From a virus (Duplodnaviria; Caudoviricetes): a stretch of 49,305 nt of DNA. The DNA is taken from positions 1 through 49,305 of the IMG/VR virus record IMGVR_UViG_3300032024_000106; one strand, 5' to 3'. How positions within the stretch are numbered: the stretch's first letter is position 1; each line of letters opens with the position of its first letter. The notes beneath the pieces were generated by a model. That model was not told the origin of the DNA, made no database searches, and worked only from the letters and a program-made list of their open reading frames with translations. Made by a program: the position numbers and the translations under genes. This document shows positions 7,365-16,556 of the stretch, piece by piece.

Positions 7365-7784
7365 TTACCCTTCCCCGCCGGGCGGCGGAGATTTCCCAAT
7401 TAAGCGATCAAGAAACCGACTGAAGATATCGAATAAACGGCTGAGATTATTTTTTAACCACGGCTGCCCAGCCACCAGCAGGAACCCGATCAGGCCCGAC
7501 ATGCCGCCGGTGCCGATCGCGGAGATGCCAAGATATTGGCCTAACGCCGGCGCGCTGGTGCTGGCGAGGATGGTGCAGGCGACGAGATTCGACCACAGCC
7601 GCGCGGCGGGCATGGGCTCGCGGTACATCAGACCGTAGAACGCCCCGGCAAACCCGGCCAGCACCACAGCAAGGGTAACGCCGAACAGCGCGGAGGACAC
7701 CTGCTGCGCCAGGCTGAGTGCTGTTGATGCCGCCGCGGCGCTGCCGCTGACCACAGCCGCGGTGCCCCCATCGATCTCGTGCAT
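7365..7784 (-). CDS. holin-like membrane protein
   Basis: 139 aa, several TM segments, RBS GAGGGAG. Confidence 0.6.
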   Translation of the reverse strand: MHEIDGGTAAVVSGSAAAASTALSLAQQVSSALFGVTLAVVLAGFAGAFYGLMYREPMPAARLWSNLVACTILASTSAPALGQYLGISAIGTGGMSGLIGFLLVAGQPWLKNNLSRLFDIFSRFLDRLIGKSPPPGGEG

Positions 7785-7811
7785 GTATGCATCTCCCTCT
7801 GGACCGGACGG

Positions 7812-8057
7812 TTAGAGCGCCAAAATCTCATCCTTGGTAAAACCAAACCGCTCGATCGTGCTGAGATCTTCCGAATCCGCCCACACCGGCTCGACAGCAG
7901 GCCCAACGTAACCAGGCTGGCCATACCCCTCCGGATAGACTGCGGCGTTGTGCCGCTGGGTCATGCTGCCTTTTAGCATGGAGATAAACTCCGCGTGCTC
8001 TGGCGTTCCGGCGATGCTGTCCAGGTCGGCGCGGGTGTTAATTAACGGTGATGCCAT
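7812..8057 (-). CDS. small protein downstream of the brt-like RT
   Basis: LINTRADLDSIAGTPEHAEF...EDLSTIERFGF. Overlaps the RT stop and resembles, from memory, the ORF found downstream of brt in BPP-1-like cassettes. Confidence 0.7.
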   Translation of the reverse strand: MASPLINTRADLDSIAGTPEHAEFISMLKGSMTQRHNAAVYPEGYGQPGYVGPAVEPVWADSEDLSTIERFGFTKDEILAL

Positions 8058-9024
8058 GCTGATTCTCCAAATGAGTGATGAGGTTGTGGGTATCCGCCCA
8101 TCCGGCGTGGCCGGCCCAGGACGCCAGGAACCTGTCCAGCGCCTCGGTATCGCCGCGCCCGATGTAGCCCTTGATCTTGCGTTTTGCGCGCAGCACTGAG
8201 TCCTTGCGCAGCAGCTTGTGCGTAGGCCAAATGCGGTAGCCGAGGAAGTTGATGCCCCTGGACACGGCGCTGGCGTTCCATTTGCTGATGCTGAGCTTCA
8301 ACACGTCTTTCGCGTGCATCTCGATGGCGCGGAAGGTTTCCTTCAGGCGCCCGAGGTCGTCGCCCAGGATCACGATGTCATCCATATACCGCGCCCAGCA
8401 CCGGTGCCCGAGGTCGAAGTGGATCAGGCGGTCGACGGCGTTGCCGTACACGTTGGCAAATATCTGGCTGGTCAGGCTGCCGATCGGGACTCCACGGCCA
8501 GTATTCGGCACCATCGCCCGGATCAATTTCAGCGTTGGCTTGCAGCTTATTTTACGTTCAATCATGGCGTGTAGAATTGGCCGGTCGATCGAATAGAAGA
8601 ACTTCGAGTAATCCGTTTTCAGGAAATACTTCGCTTGTGTGCGCCTCAAGCCTGCCTGGACAAACCTGACGCCAGCGTGCGTGCCCATGCCGTGCCGGCA
8701 AGCGAAGGTCTGCGGCATCAGGGTTTTATCGAAGATCGGCCCGATGACGTTGACCAGGGCGTGCTGCGCCAGGCGATCCTTGAAGTCCAGCGCTGAAATC
8801 AGCCTTGATTTTGGCTCGTAAACGGTAAATTCTCGGTAAGGCCCCTGCACCCATGCGCCGTCCAGAATGGCCTCGCTCATCAAAGCCAGGTTCGCGTGGG
8901 CGTATTCCTTGAACTCCAGAAACCCAAATGTGGACCGCTTGCCCCTGGCCGTTCTCTCGTAGGCGTCACGCAGGTTTTCGATCGCGCCGATGCGCTCAAT
9001 GAGGTGCTTGTATTTCTTACCCAT
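8038..9024 (-). CDS. brt: DGR2 reverse transcriptase, BPP-1 Brt-like (328 aa)
   Basis: Starts MGKKYKHLI. Motifs YEPKSRLISALDFKDRLAQH, GVPIGSLTSQIFAN, WARYMDD and GINFLGYRIWPTHKLLRK. Confidence 0.97.
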   Translation of the reverse strand: MGKKYKHLIERIGAIENLRDAYERTARGKRSTFGFLEFKEYAHANLALMSEAILDGAWVQGPYREFTVYEPKSRLISALDFKDRLAQHALVNVIGPIFDKTLMPQTFACRHGMGTHAGVRFVQAGLRRTQAKYFLKTDYSKFFYSIDRPILHAMIERKISCKPTLKLIRAMVPNTGRGVPIGSLTSQIFANVYGNAVDRLIHFDLGHRCWARYMDDIVILGDDLGRLKETFRAIEMHAKDVLKLSISKWNASAVSRGINFLGYRIWPTHKLLRKDSVLRAKRKIKGYIGRGDTEALDRFLASWAGHAGWADTHNLITHLENQHGITVN

Positions 9025-9179
9025 GAATGCCAGCTGCGCCTTTCGCCTTGCGGTTACTCGGCGTTCTGCTGAACCTTGAAGCGTGTTTGCCGAAGCAGGA
9101 ATGAATGGCTGACCATACTTCGATTGGTCTGCCGGCAGCGCCGTGACACATGCCGAGCGGTACATCCAATCTAATATCC
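9025..9179 (-). ncRNA. DGR2 spacer between TR and brt (3' part of the DGR RNA)
   Basis: Sits between TR2 and brt. Contains TGGTCAGCC and TCCTGCTTCGGCAAACACG, similar to the BPP-1 spacer as I recall it. Confidence 0.6.
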
Positions 9180-9298
9180 TCACAGACGCCACGAGCCCCG
9201 ATGTTGTTGTTCGAGTTCGTGGGCGCGTTGTTCCAGTTCGAGGCCCGAGACCCGGAATCCACCCCGTTGTTCCAGTTGCCACCGAGCAGAACGGCGTT
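9180..9298 (-). repeat. DGR2 template repeat (TR2)
   Basis: AAC-rich on the minus strand. Aligns ungapped to 9726-9844 with 11 adenine mismatches and 1 T/C mismatch. Confidence 0.97.
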
Positions 9299-9299
9299 G

Positions 9300-9680
9300 T
9301 TACCCATTCACACCCTTTCGCTTCGTTCGCTTGATCCAACTTCCTACCATGCCACCCACCTCCGCAAGCATAATTAAAGCCACTTGGTGCTGGTGGGGAG
9401 ACATGCCCCGGATTTTGGACTGAGCGAAGAAGCGAAACCAAAAACGCAGATCGGCCAACCCCGCATCCGCTGCGTAAACCTTTGACACTTGATTCGATTT
9501 TCCGGCCGCTGTGAATAAAGCCACCTGCCCGAGCAGCGCACGGATGAACATCTCTTTGGCGACACCGTGCTGCCTGGGCAGGTTTTGAGCGATCGGGTAG
9601 CAATACAAGATCACCGTCTCGTATTTCTCCACCACGGCCATTTGCTCGAAGCATTGCTCTACGTCCTGGATTACATCCAT
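9300..9680 (-). CDS. avd: DGR2 Avd, BPP-1-like
   Basis: EQMAVVEKYE...YPIAQNLPRQHGVAKEMF...AGKSNQVSKVYAADAGLA..LRFW...AEVG; located between mtd and TR. Confidence 0.95.
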   Translation of the reverse strand: MDVIQDVEQCFEQMAVVEKYETVILYCYPIAQNLPRQHGVAKEMFIRALLGQVALFTAAGKSNQVSKVYAADAGLADLRFWFRFFAQSKIRGMSPHQHQVALIMLAEVGGMVGSWIKRTKRKGVNG

Positions 9681-9689
9681 CGCTGTGTG

Positions 9690-9707
9690 ACCGGGCTTTC
9701 GCCCGGT
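9690..9707 (-). promoter_or_regulatory. DGR target-recognition hairpin downstream of VR/IMH
   Basis: ACCGGGC-GAAA-GCCCGGT, a 7-bp stem with a GAAA loop immediately after the mtd stop, as in BPP-1. Confidence 0.85.
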
Positions 9708-11518
9708 TAATCAAGTTGCAGGTGGTCACAGACGCCACGAGCCCCGATGTCGTTGTTCGAGTACGTGGGCGCGTAGAGCCAGAGCGAGGCCCGAGACCCG
9801 GGACCCACCCCGGTGTTCCAGGCGCCACCGAGCAGAACGGCGTTCTCCAGTTGATACGTGGAGCCCCGGCCGCCGGTGTTGGCTACCCACCCCCCTGCAG
9901 CCGTGCCACCACCAAACTCGTCACCCCATACCCACAAGTTCCCCGCCGCCTGGACGACCCCCCATTTCGAGGTAAATAAATTCCATGCGGACGTTGCGCC
10001 TGTTCCCGACACGCCAGTAGTCGGAACATCCGTTCCGCCGCTGGATATTGCCTCGGTTGTGCCATACGCCAGTGCCGAGAACTCGGAATAGTTCGGAAAG
10101 CGTTTACCGAACGAGCGCATCACTTCGTGCATGTCCCACCAGTTGCCGCCACCGTAGGCCGTCGTGCCGTTGCCGCCAAACTTCGCCGGGATCTTCGGCG
10201 GGCTCGGTCCGTCCGCAATGGTGACGTTATATTTGCTCGATCCATTGGTCGGGTGATCGACACCGAGCAGATAAATGTCTGCCCAGAAGCCATCAGCAAC
10301 CAGGCACATCCCGCGCGGGTCGGGACAGGCCGGGCGGAACTTAAGATCCCATACCGAGTAGGCGTTGATCGCCGGGGTCGTGTCGCCACCCAAGTAATAA
10401 GCGAATGCCGTGCTGGCGATATTTGTATCGGTCGTGCCACGCGAGAGAGTCAACCCCATTGCGGCGCCAAGTTGCGGGTAATAATTTGTTGTTGCCGCCA
10501 CATTACCACTTGCGCCGCCGGCCAGCGCATCCGTTCCCGCAATCCATGCGAAACCCACTTTTGTCAATACAGTGACATGCCCCATATAGGCGCTTGATGC
10601 CGGGCGGGATGGAAGCGCAGCAATCGCTAATGCTTCTGTGGCATAACCAGTGGTAGCATTGGCCGCCGCTGGTGTGACCGTGATCGTGCCTGCGGCGTTT
10701 ATTGAAAGGAGATAGAGTGCCCATGTGTTGACGGGAACAGTTTGTACAACGATCGCCGTTCCCGCGGCCACCGCGGAGATGGAAATCTGCGTTGCATTTC
10801 CTCCAGGTGCATAGTGGAATCCGCCTATCTTTCTTGCGTTCGCGGTCGGCGGGGTGACGTGATCCGCAGTCGCCTCCAGCGTGCCGTCTGTCTTCGCCCA
10901 AATGGCGTAGTCCGTGCCCGCTGCCGGCGAGCCGGGCATGGTGACGACGGTGGAGGCTGCGATGCTCTGCATAACGCCGTTGACATCAACATAGATTATT
11001 GCGGCCTGCGTGGACATCGTGAACGCGCCGGTCTTGACGAATGCCGCGGTGGTCGGATCGGCTTTGCGAAATAGGCCAACCGCGTCCATACGCGGCACAG
11101 GGGCGCGCTCATCCGTGATCATCGCATTGGTGATGCTCGTGGATGTGGTTTGCAGCAGCACTTGGGCGCACGGAAGTTTCCCGGACGGGATTGCCGGCGC
11201 GACAGGAGAGGCGGCAGGCGTGCCGGTAACCACCGATACGTTACCGGTCGCGGCGTCCAGCACTACCCGGTCAATACGCGGATTGCCAGCGGGAGCGGTT
11301 ATCGTGCCCGTGGACTGCGCCGCCTTTTCAGTCTGCGTAGTCCCCGCTAGGATAAAACCCGTGTCCACACGCACGGTCATATCAGGCGTGGTTTGTTGGT
11401 GTGGAGCGAAGGCCTGTCCGAAGCGGGACATCACCTTTATGGAGGCGTCGATCGCGGCCTTGTACGTGGCGGCGTCCTGCGCCGTCACGTCTGGTTGAGT
11501 AAAGGTTGCAACAGGCAT
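9707..11518 (-). CDS. mtd: Mtd-like tail fibre/receptor-binding protein, DGR2 target
   Basis: C-terminal ~225 aa resemble the BPP-1 Mtd CLec domain (WDLKFRP..DPRGM, KYNVTIADG, FTSKWGVVQA, GARGVCDHL). VR at the 3' end. Confidence 0.93.
   Translation of the reverse strand: MPVATFTQPDVTAQDAATYKAAIDASIKVMSRFGQAFAPHQQTTPDMTVRVDTGFILAGTTQTEKAAQSTGTITAPAGNPRIDRVVLDAATGNVSVVTGTPAASPVAPAIPSGKLPCAQVLLQTTSTSITNAMITDERAPVPRMDAVGLFRKADPTTAAFVKTGAFTMSTQAAIIYVDVNGVMQSIAASTVVTMPGSPAAGTDYAIWAKTDGTLEATADHVTPPTANARKIGGFHYAPGGNATQISISAVAAGTAIVVQTVPVNTWALYLLSINAAGTITVTPAAANATTGYATEALAIAALPSRPASSAYMGHVTVLTKVGFAWIAGTDALAGGASGNVAATTNYYPQLGAAMGLTLSRGTTDTNIASTAFAYYLGGDTTPAINAYSVWDLKFRPACPDPRGMCLVADGFWADIYLLGVDHPTNGSSKYNVTIADGPSPPKIPAKFGGNGTTAYGGGNWWDMHEVMRSFGKRFPNYSEFSALAYGTTEAISSGGTDVPTTGVSGTGATSAWNLFTSKWGVVQAAGNLWVWGDEFGGGTAAGGWVANTGGRGSTYQLENAVLLGGAWNTGVGPGSRASLWLYAPTYSNNDIGARGVCDHLQLD
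9726..9844 (-). repeat. DGR2 variable repeat
   Basis: Copy of TR2 at offset 546 with adenine-specific substitutions. Confidence 0.97.
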
Positions 11519-11525
11519 GATTTCC

Positions 11526-14500
11526 CTACGCGTCTATAGTTGGGTTGAACATCCGGATCACAGGCGTGCCCTGTGATGTGTTGAACGTAAATTTCATTTT
11601 GACGTAGCGTGCAGTCAGAGAATTGATGGTCCACGGCCGGAAGCCGCTATACGTTCCGGCAGCCAGTTTATAGTCCAGCATAAGCTGCGGCTGCACAATG
11701 CCGAGGTCTGTGTCCGGAACCGTGTCGGCCCACAATGCGGCCCATGCTCTCACCGTTCGGTCGGAACCGAGATCGATTTCGGCCGCTTCGTAAGCGCAGG
11801 TCGCAAACGGGTTTATCACGAAGATATCGAAGGTGTTCCACCCGTCGGCACTGGCCAGATTCTGGCTCCGCGGGAAAATCTTGCCGGTCCAGTGTTTCAC
11901 CACATTGGTCGGCGTGCTGCCGGCCGTATCGCCAGGCAAGGCTTCCTGCGTGGCATGCAGCACCGTGTTGGCGTTCGTCACGGTGAAATCCAGCGTGACA
12001 GGTAAGGAGAAATTGCTTCTAGCATCCTCCGCGGCAAGCATGAAAGACCATGCTCCGGGAATCACCTGGCTGCTTGTCAGCGCTGCCCACGCAGTCGCGC
12101 CATTGAGCACAATGCCGTCCTGCCAACGCATTGGCGCCCCTTGCAGCACGTAGCGAATCTCATTTCCGCGCACCTGCGGGTCCGGCGAAGGGGTCCACGA
12201 AAAGGTGACAAGCGCCCCGCTCTGCCCGATATTAAAGTTGCTGGGTGGCGTGGGTTTCGTCAAATTTCCGGACAGCACCATTGTCACCGGCGTCAACGCG
12301 GCAATATCCTGCAATCCATTGCCGAATGGATTGAACCCGACGAACTTTAGGTACAGAGTAAAACCCCAAAACGCGGGGTCAAACGCATATTTGAACAGCG
12401 CCTGGTCGCACCGCACAAAGCGGGCGTTGATCACCGCGCCCTGCGTGCTGCCGTACACACCGCGCCGCAGGTAAGTCAGGTTGTATTTCGACGCCGCAGT
12501 CAACGCGGAGTCCCGGTAGGCCACGAACTCATTGCCCACCAGACACAAGGTGTCGAACGCATCCACGGCGGGCTGGTTTGCGGTATCCAGCGCGCCCGCG
12601 CTTTCGGTCAAGTCCACCGCGAGGGTGTTTATCGCATCGGGATCGGCGCCCGCTGGCAGCGCGGCGGTGATAAAACCCTGCCGCGAGTTGCCGATCAGTG
12701 TGCCGATTTTCTGGTAGGTGGCGTTGTCGTAGCTCGCCCAGATATGGCAGCCGCCATAGTTCGGGTCCACGTTGGAGACCGCCGCCCACACCTCATACCC
12801 CGATACGGTGAGATTCGCAGGAGCGATGAACACATCCGGCGGATTTACGTTCCCGGGCACGACCGAATAATCAGGCGCATAGCCCGCGCCGCCGCCCTGC
12901 GCGTCATAAGTGTTGGCGCTGGAAATGCCGAGGTCGCGTTCCTCCGCGGTAATGGACAGCACTTCATCCCCGTCTTCGCTGACCTCCGTGACGCGCACCG
13001 GAAACTGGCTCATCCCCAGCCGCGCATCGGTCAACGTCAGCCCGTCCATGGGTTCAAGCCGGCTGTATTTCAGCGACAGCCTGAATGTGTATTCTTTTCG
13101 CACGTAACACACGCGCTGCAAGACCGCCTGAGCAACCTGCATCGCCACCGCGTTCGTGGTGATCGCATGCAGCCGCAGGACAGGCAACGGCAGCACGCCA
13201 TACGCCTCGATGCTCGCCTGATCCTTGACCTCGGCAATGGCGATGTTGTAATCGTTGGCGCGGTCCCGATACTCCACCTGAACAAGGTTAAATGCTGTGG
13301 TCTGCTTTTTGCGGGTAGCGATTATCGGCGGGTCGTCGCCAGAGGCAATATAATCATCATCGGATAAATTGTAGGAAGCAACAACATTTGGTGTGTATGT
13401 AACTGGCGTTGCGTAGCACTCAAGGTCTGATTGGTACTGAATTTTTCTAACTGAAGTCAAACTCTTCGTAGTGATTAATGAGCCATCAGAAGTTCCGCCA
13501 ACAGCAGTAGAATACTCAGTAGCATCAGACGCGACGGTAGTAATCACAACCATATCCGATGTACGCACACGGTAACGCCGGTAAGGGCCGACACCGAAGC
13601 CAACTTGGAAGGAAACCCACAGCGCCCCGGAGTTGTCGAGCGCCATGCGAATACCATAGATGCTGGCCACGGCACCGAGGGTCACGGTGTTTACCACCAC
13701 ACCCTCAGTAGTCCATTGCCTCACCTTGGCGTTGCCACTTTCTAAAAATGTCGCGTAGACATACCCGCCGCCGACATACATGGCGTGCCATTCGATAAAT
13801 TGAATAGCTGTTCCGGCAACGGTCACGGCCGCGCTCCAGACGCCGGTGGAAATCGTCATCCACGCCCACTTATCCCAAAAACCTGATGACGCGCCGTAGG
13901 CATAAATTCGATTTGCTACCGCGAAAGTGTTGTCTGCCATATATATGGCATGCACTGTTATTGTGCCTAGCGGACCAATTCCGTAGTCCGTGCGTGTGTA
14001 GGTTCCTCCATAAGGAGAGAGGACTTGCCAGCTCATATTTGTAAATTTGCAAATTTGGCTGGTTGCCCCTGATCCATATAGGCTATCCCATAGATTACCG
14101 TCAGCATCCTCCTGCGGGCGCATCGGCATTCCAAAACCGTTGAAATTAAGCGCAGTTATAGATCCGCCTAGTCTCGGAACCCGACAAAGCTGCCGAGCGC
14201 CGTTGGGTCTGCCGCAAAGATAATCGCCGTTGCGCATCACGCCTATCGGTTCGCGCGGGGTAGCAGGATACCAATCGTATGTCTGAACAACTGAACCAGA
14301 GGCAATATCTACAAGCCATACTGTAGAAGCGGTATCGGGACGGCCTGACAACCTAACGCTAACCCAGGCTTCGTTGTAGCTATTTATCCAGACGAACGGC
14401 GTTCCATAATTCGGCGTGTTGAGCGTGTTGCCGCCAGTTGGTGTGTAAACAGTAGAGATCACAACCGCATTGCCACCAGGACTGCTAAAACTGGAACTGG

Positions 14501-15281
14501 CGATAGCGTCAGAATATGGAAGTACTTTTAATTTCCCTTCGCTCCACACCGGAGCGGAGTTGGCCATTTGGGCGAACTCCGTCAGCCATTCGTGCGCGGC
14601 CCGCTGCGTGTCTACCGAAGGACTGATGCGGACTCCGGCCGCATTGCAGTAATTACTGAGCTGCGTCAGGTCGCCGATGCGCGAAGCGGGAAACCCCGGC
14701 ACGCCGTAGTTCGCATTGGTCAGGAAATCAACAATGATGTCCTTCGGGTTCACATCATCGTTACAGGCATCCTTCAGCCGACCGGACACCTCGAAGCTGT
14801 GATTGCCCAGGGAAGCGTTGCCGTTGACGCTGTAATCGGATGCCGCCACATACACGATCCCCTGGTAGCCGAGCGCCTGGCCGGGGGCATAGGCTTGCAG
14901 CCAGCCCCAGGGGGACTGCGGGTAGGTGCCCAGGAATTTCGACAGGCCCACCTCTGCCGGCAAGGCATGGGACTGCTTGTCCACCCACGTCTTGATGATG
15001 TCCGCCACCGGGCCTTCCCCGAGGGAAAATATGACGCCCGCCGTATAGGTGAAGGTCGTGTTGCTGCTTTCCGCACCGCCGCCGCCCTTGCCGCCGCTCT
15101 CCTGTGTGGTGGTGTGCGGGATGGCCTTGAAATTCCCATACCAGATGAGCGTCGGCGGCACCCGGTTTTTGCCGTAATTGATCGGGATGGCCACGCCATA
15201 ACCCGCGCTCTGGATGCGCAACCCCCCCAGCGCGACTTCGCTGGTGGAAATGGAAGAAGGGGACCCGAACAAAAAACCCAT
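11526..15281 (-). CDS. tail tip/host-specificity protein (central fibre, GTA/gpJ-like)
   Basis: 1251 aa; YGVAIPINYG N-terminus, VEYRDRANDY, LRRGVYGS; lies after the NlpC and DUF2163-like genes. Confidence 0.85.
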   Translation of the reverse strand: MGFLFGSPSSISTSEVALGGLRIQSAGYGVAIPINYGKNRVPPTLIWYGNFKAIPHTTTQESGGKGGGGAESSNTTFTYTAGVIFSLGEGPVADIIKTWVDKQSHALPAEVGLSKFLGTYPQSPWGWLQAYAPGQALGYQGIVYVAASDYSVNGNASLGNHSFEVSGRLKDACNDDVNPKDIIVDFLTNANYGVPGFPASRIGDLTQLSNYCNAAGVRISPSVDTQRAAHEWLTEFAQMANSAPVWSEGKLKVLPYSDAIASSSFSSPGGNAVVISTVYTPTGGNTLNTPNYGTPFVWINSYNEAWVSVRLSGRPDTASTVWLVDIASGSVVQTYDWYPATPREPIGVMRNGDYLCGRPNGARQLCRVPRLGGSITALNFNGFGMPMRPQEDADGNLWDSLYGSGATSQICKFTNMSWQVLSPYGGTYTRTDYGIGPLGTITVHAIYMADNTFAVANRIYAYGASSGFWDKWAWMTISTGVWSAAVTVAGTAIQFIEWHAMYVGGGYVYATFLESGNAKVRQWTTEGVVVNTVTLGAVASIYGIRMALDNSGALWVSFQVGFGVGPYRRYRVRTSDMVVITTVASDATEYSTAVGGTSDGSLITTKSLTSVRKIQYQSDLECYATPVTYTPNVVASYNLSDDDYIASGDDPPIIATRKKQTTAFNLVQVEYRDRANDYNIAIAEVKDQASIEAYGVLPLPVLRLHAITTNAVAMQVAQAVLQRVCYVRKEYTFRLSLKYSRLEPMDGLTLTDARLGMSQFPVRVTEVSEDGDEVLSITAEERDLGISSANTYDAQGGGAGYAPDYSVVPGNVNPPDVFIAPANLTVSGYEVWAAVSNVDPNYGGCHIWASYDNATYQKIGTLIGNSRQGFITAALPAGADPDAINTLAVDLTESAGALDTANQPAVDAFDTLCLVGNEFVAYRDSALTAASKYNLTYLRRGVYGSTQGAVINARFVRCDQALFKYAFDPAFWGFTLYLKFVGFNPFGNGLQDIAALTPVTMVLSGNLTKPTPPSNFNIGQSGALVTFSWTPSPDPQVRGNEIRYVLQGAPMRWQDGIVLNGATAWAALTSSQVIPGAWSFMLAAEDARSNFSLPVTLDFTVTNANTVLHATQEALPGDTAGSTPTNVVKHWTGKIFPRSQNLASADGWNTFDIFVINPFATCAYEAAEIDLGSDRTVRAWAALWADTVPDTDLGIVQPQLMLDYKLAAGTYSGFRPWTINSLTARYVKMKFTFNTSQGTPVIRMFNPTIDA

Positions 15282-15282
15282 G

Positions 15283-15702
15283 TCACACGCCCCTCACCGA
15301 GTAAAACATGGTCTCCCGCCCTTCCAGCCTACCCTTGGTCGCGTCCGCGTAGCACACGCCTTCTCCTCGCTGGGCGTGGATGATGTTCGGCCACGCCACC
15401 ACGATCCCGCTGTGGGAAAAACAGCGACCAAACTTGAACAACACGATATCGCCCATGCGCGGAACGGCTACGCGATCGCAATACTGTTCAATCCACCCGA
15501 GATAGCGCTCCTCGGATCGGTGCAGCATCCAGTCCGCCGGGTAATACCCGACATCAGGCTTGGTGATCCCACAGGCCGCGGAGTAGACCTCGATCAGGAT
15601 CCGCGCGCAGTCGACGCCGGCACCCTTCACGGCGGCGGCGTGATGGTAGGGCGTGCCGATCCACGTTTCGGCCTCCGCGATAATTGCCTGTCTCGCATCC
15701 AT
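15283..15702 (-). CDS. NlpC/P60 tail peptidase (lambda K-like)
   Basis: WIGTPYHH...GVDCA...FSHSGIV...IIHA motifs. Start corrected to ATG 15702. Confidence 0.92.
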   Translation of the reverse strand: MDARQAIIAEAETWIGTPYHHAAAVKGAGVDCARILIEVYSAACGITKPDVGYYPADWMLHRSEERYLGWIEQYCDRVAVPRMGDIVLFKFGRCFSHSGIVVAWPNIIHAQRGEGVCYADATKGRLEGRETMFYSVRGV

Positions 15703-16556
15703 CACATGCTCGTTTCCGGGACGGGCACATACGGGAAACCCTTGAAATTCGCAAGGTTGTTGAATTTGCCCAAACAGGTCGCCTGCATCTTGTCGCAGCC
15801 GGCGGTGGCGGTAAACGCATCGCCGACGCCTGGCGTGTAGGGCAACGGCATCAACGGGGTGATCACGCCTGGCGTGTAGGCCCTCACCGTCCGCTTCAAG
15901 CCGGCGTTCGGGCCGCCGGTGAACAATATCGTGCCGAGGGTGAAATAGCCGCTGGCCTGCGCCAGTCCGCAGTTGATCGAGCTCACGGTCGAACCGCTCG
16001 CGCATGTCGAATTCGCGGAGAAGGTTGCCTTTACCAGACCGCATCCGGCATCGAACAAACTGTGGATACAACCGGCCATGATCACATTGCGCGGCATCTG
16101 CACGGCCAGCAATTCCGTGTCCGCGGAGATGGTGAGTTTTATCTCCACCCTGGACACCTCGACATCGGACACCATCCCAGAAAATTGGTGAAGCGCGCCG
16201 ACGGCGGTGTTAGTCCACGCATCGGAAATAAATTTCTCCACCAGCACCCGCGCCCCGTCGAGGCTCCCGTTCAGCGCGGCCTGCAGCCAGGGCAGCCCCT
16301 GCAGCAGGTCGGTTGATTTTGGCGTGATCGTCACCCCGAGACTGTCCACCTCGAGGCCGATGCCCGATCTCGTTGATTCGCGCGTGAATTTCGGACCCGC
16401 GCTGTCGAAGGTAAAAGTGTTGACCACCAGGTTGATATCGGCCGAGGTGTAGCGGACGATGGTGCCGTCGGCCAGCGTGAAGGTGTAAAGATCGGCGCAG
16501 ACGAACTGGTTTTGCGCGGCAAGCAGCGCAATGAGCCCGGCGCTTGCGGTTTTCAT
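15702..16556 (-). CDS. tail tip/hub protein (DUF2163-like)
   Basis: GCIHSLFDAGC and GCDKMQATCLGKFNNLANFKGFPYVP motifs. Confidence 0.88.
   Translation of the reverse strand: MKTASAGLIALLAAQNQFVCADLYTFTLADGTIVRYTSADINLVVNTFTFDSAGPKFTRESTRSGIGLEVDSLGVTITPKSTDLLQGLPWLQAALNGSLDGARVLVEKFISDAWTNTAVGALHQFSGMVSDVEVSRVEIKLTISADTELLAVQMPRNVIMAGCIHSLFDAGCGLVKATFSANSTCASGSTVSSINCGLAQASGYFTLGTILFTGGPNAGLKRTVRAYTPGVITPLMPLPYTPGVGDAFTATAGCDKMQATCLGKFNNLANFKGFPYVPVPETSM

Noticed and set aside
848-9024. Group II intron, retron or Abi-type assignment for the two RTs
   Set aside because: Both RTs have the DGR-type SQ motif, an adjacent Avd and TR/VR pairs with adenine-specific mismatches, and no maturase or endonuclease domain is visible.
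9017-9307. 96-aa Asn-rich ORF
   Set aside because: It is the translation of TR2 plus spacer. TRs are open because they mirror the VR; a translated peptide cannot be excluded but there is no evidence for one.
9025-9828. N-terminal 268 aa of ORF 8038-9828 as part of RT2
   Set aside because: It reads through VR, avd and TR off-frame. The Brt-like sequence begins at ATG 9024 and gives 328 aa.
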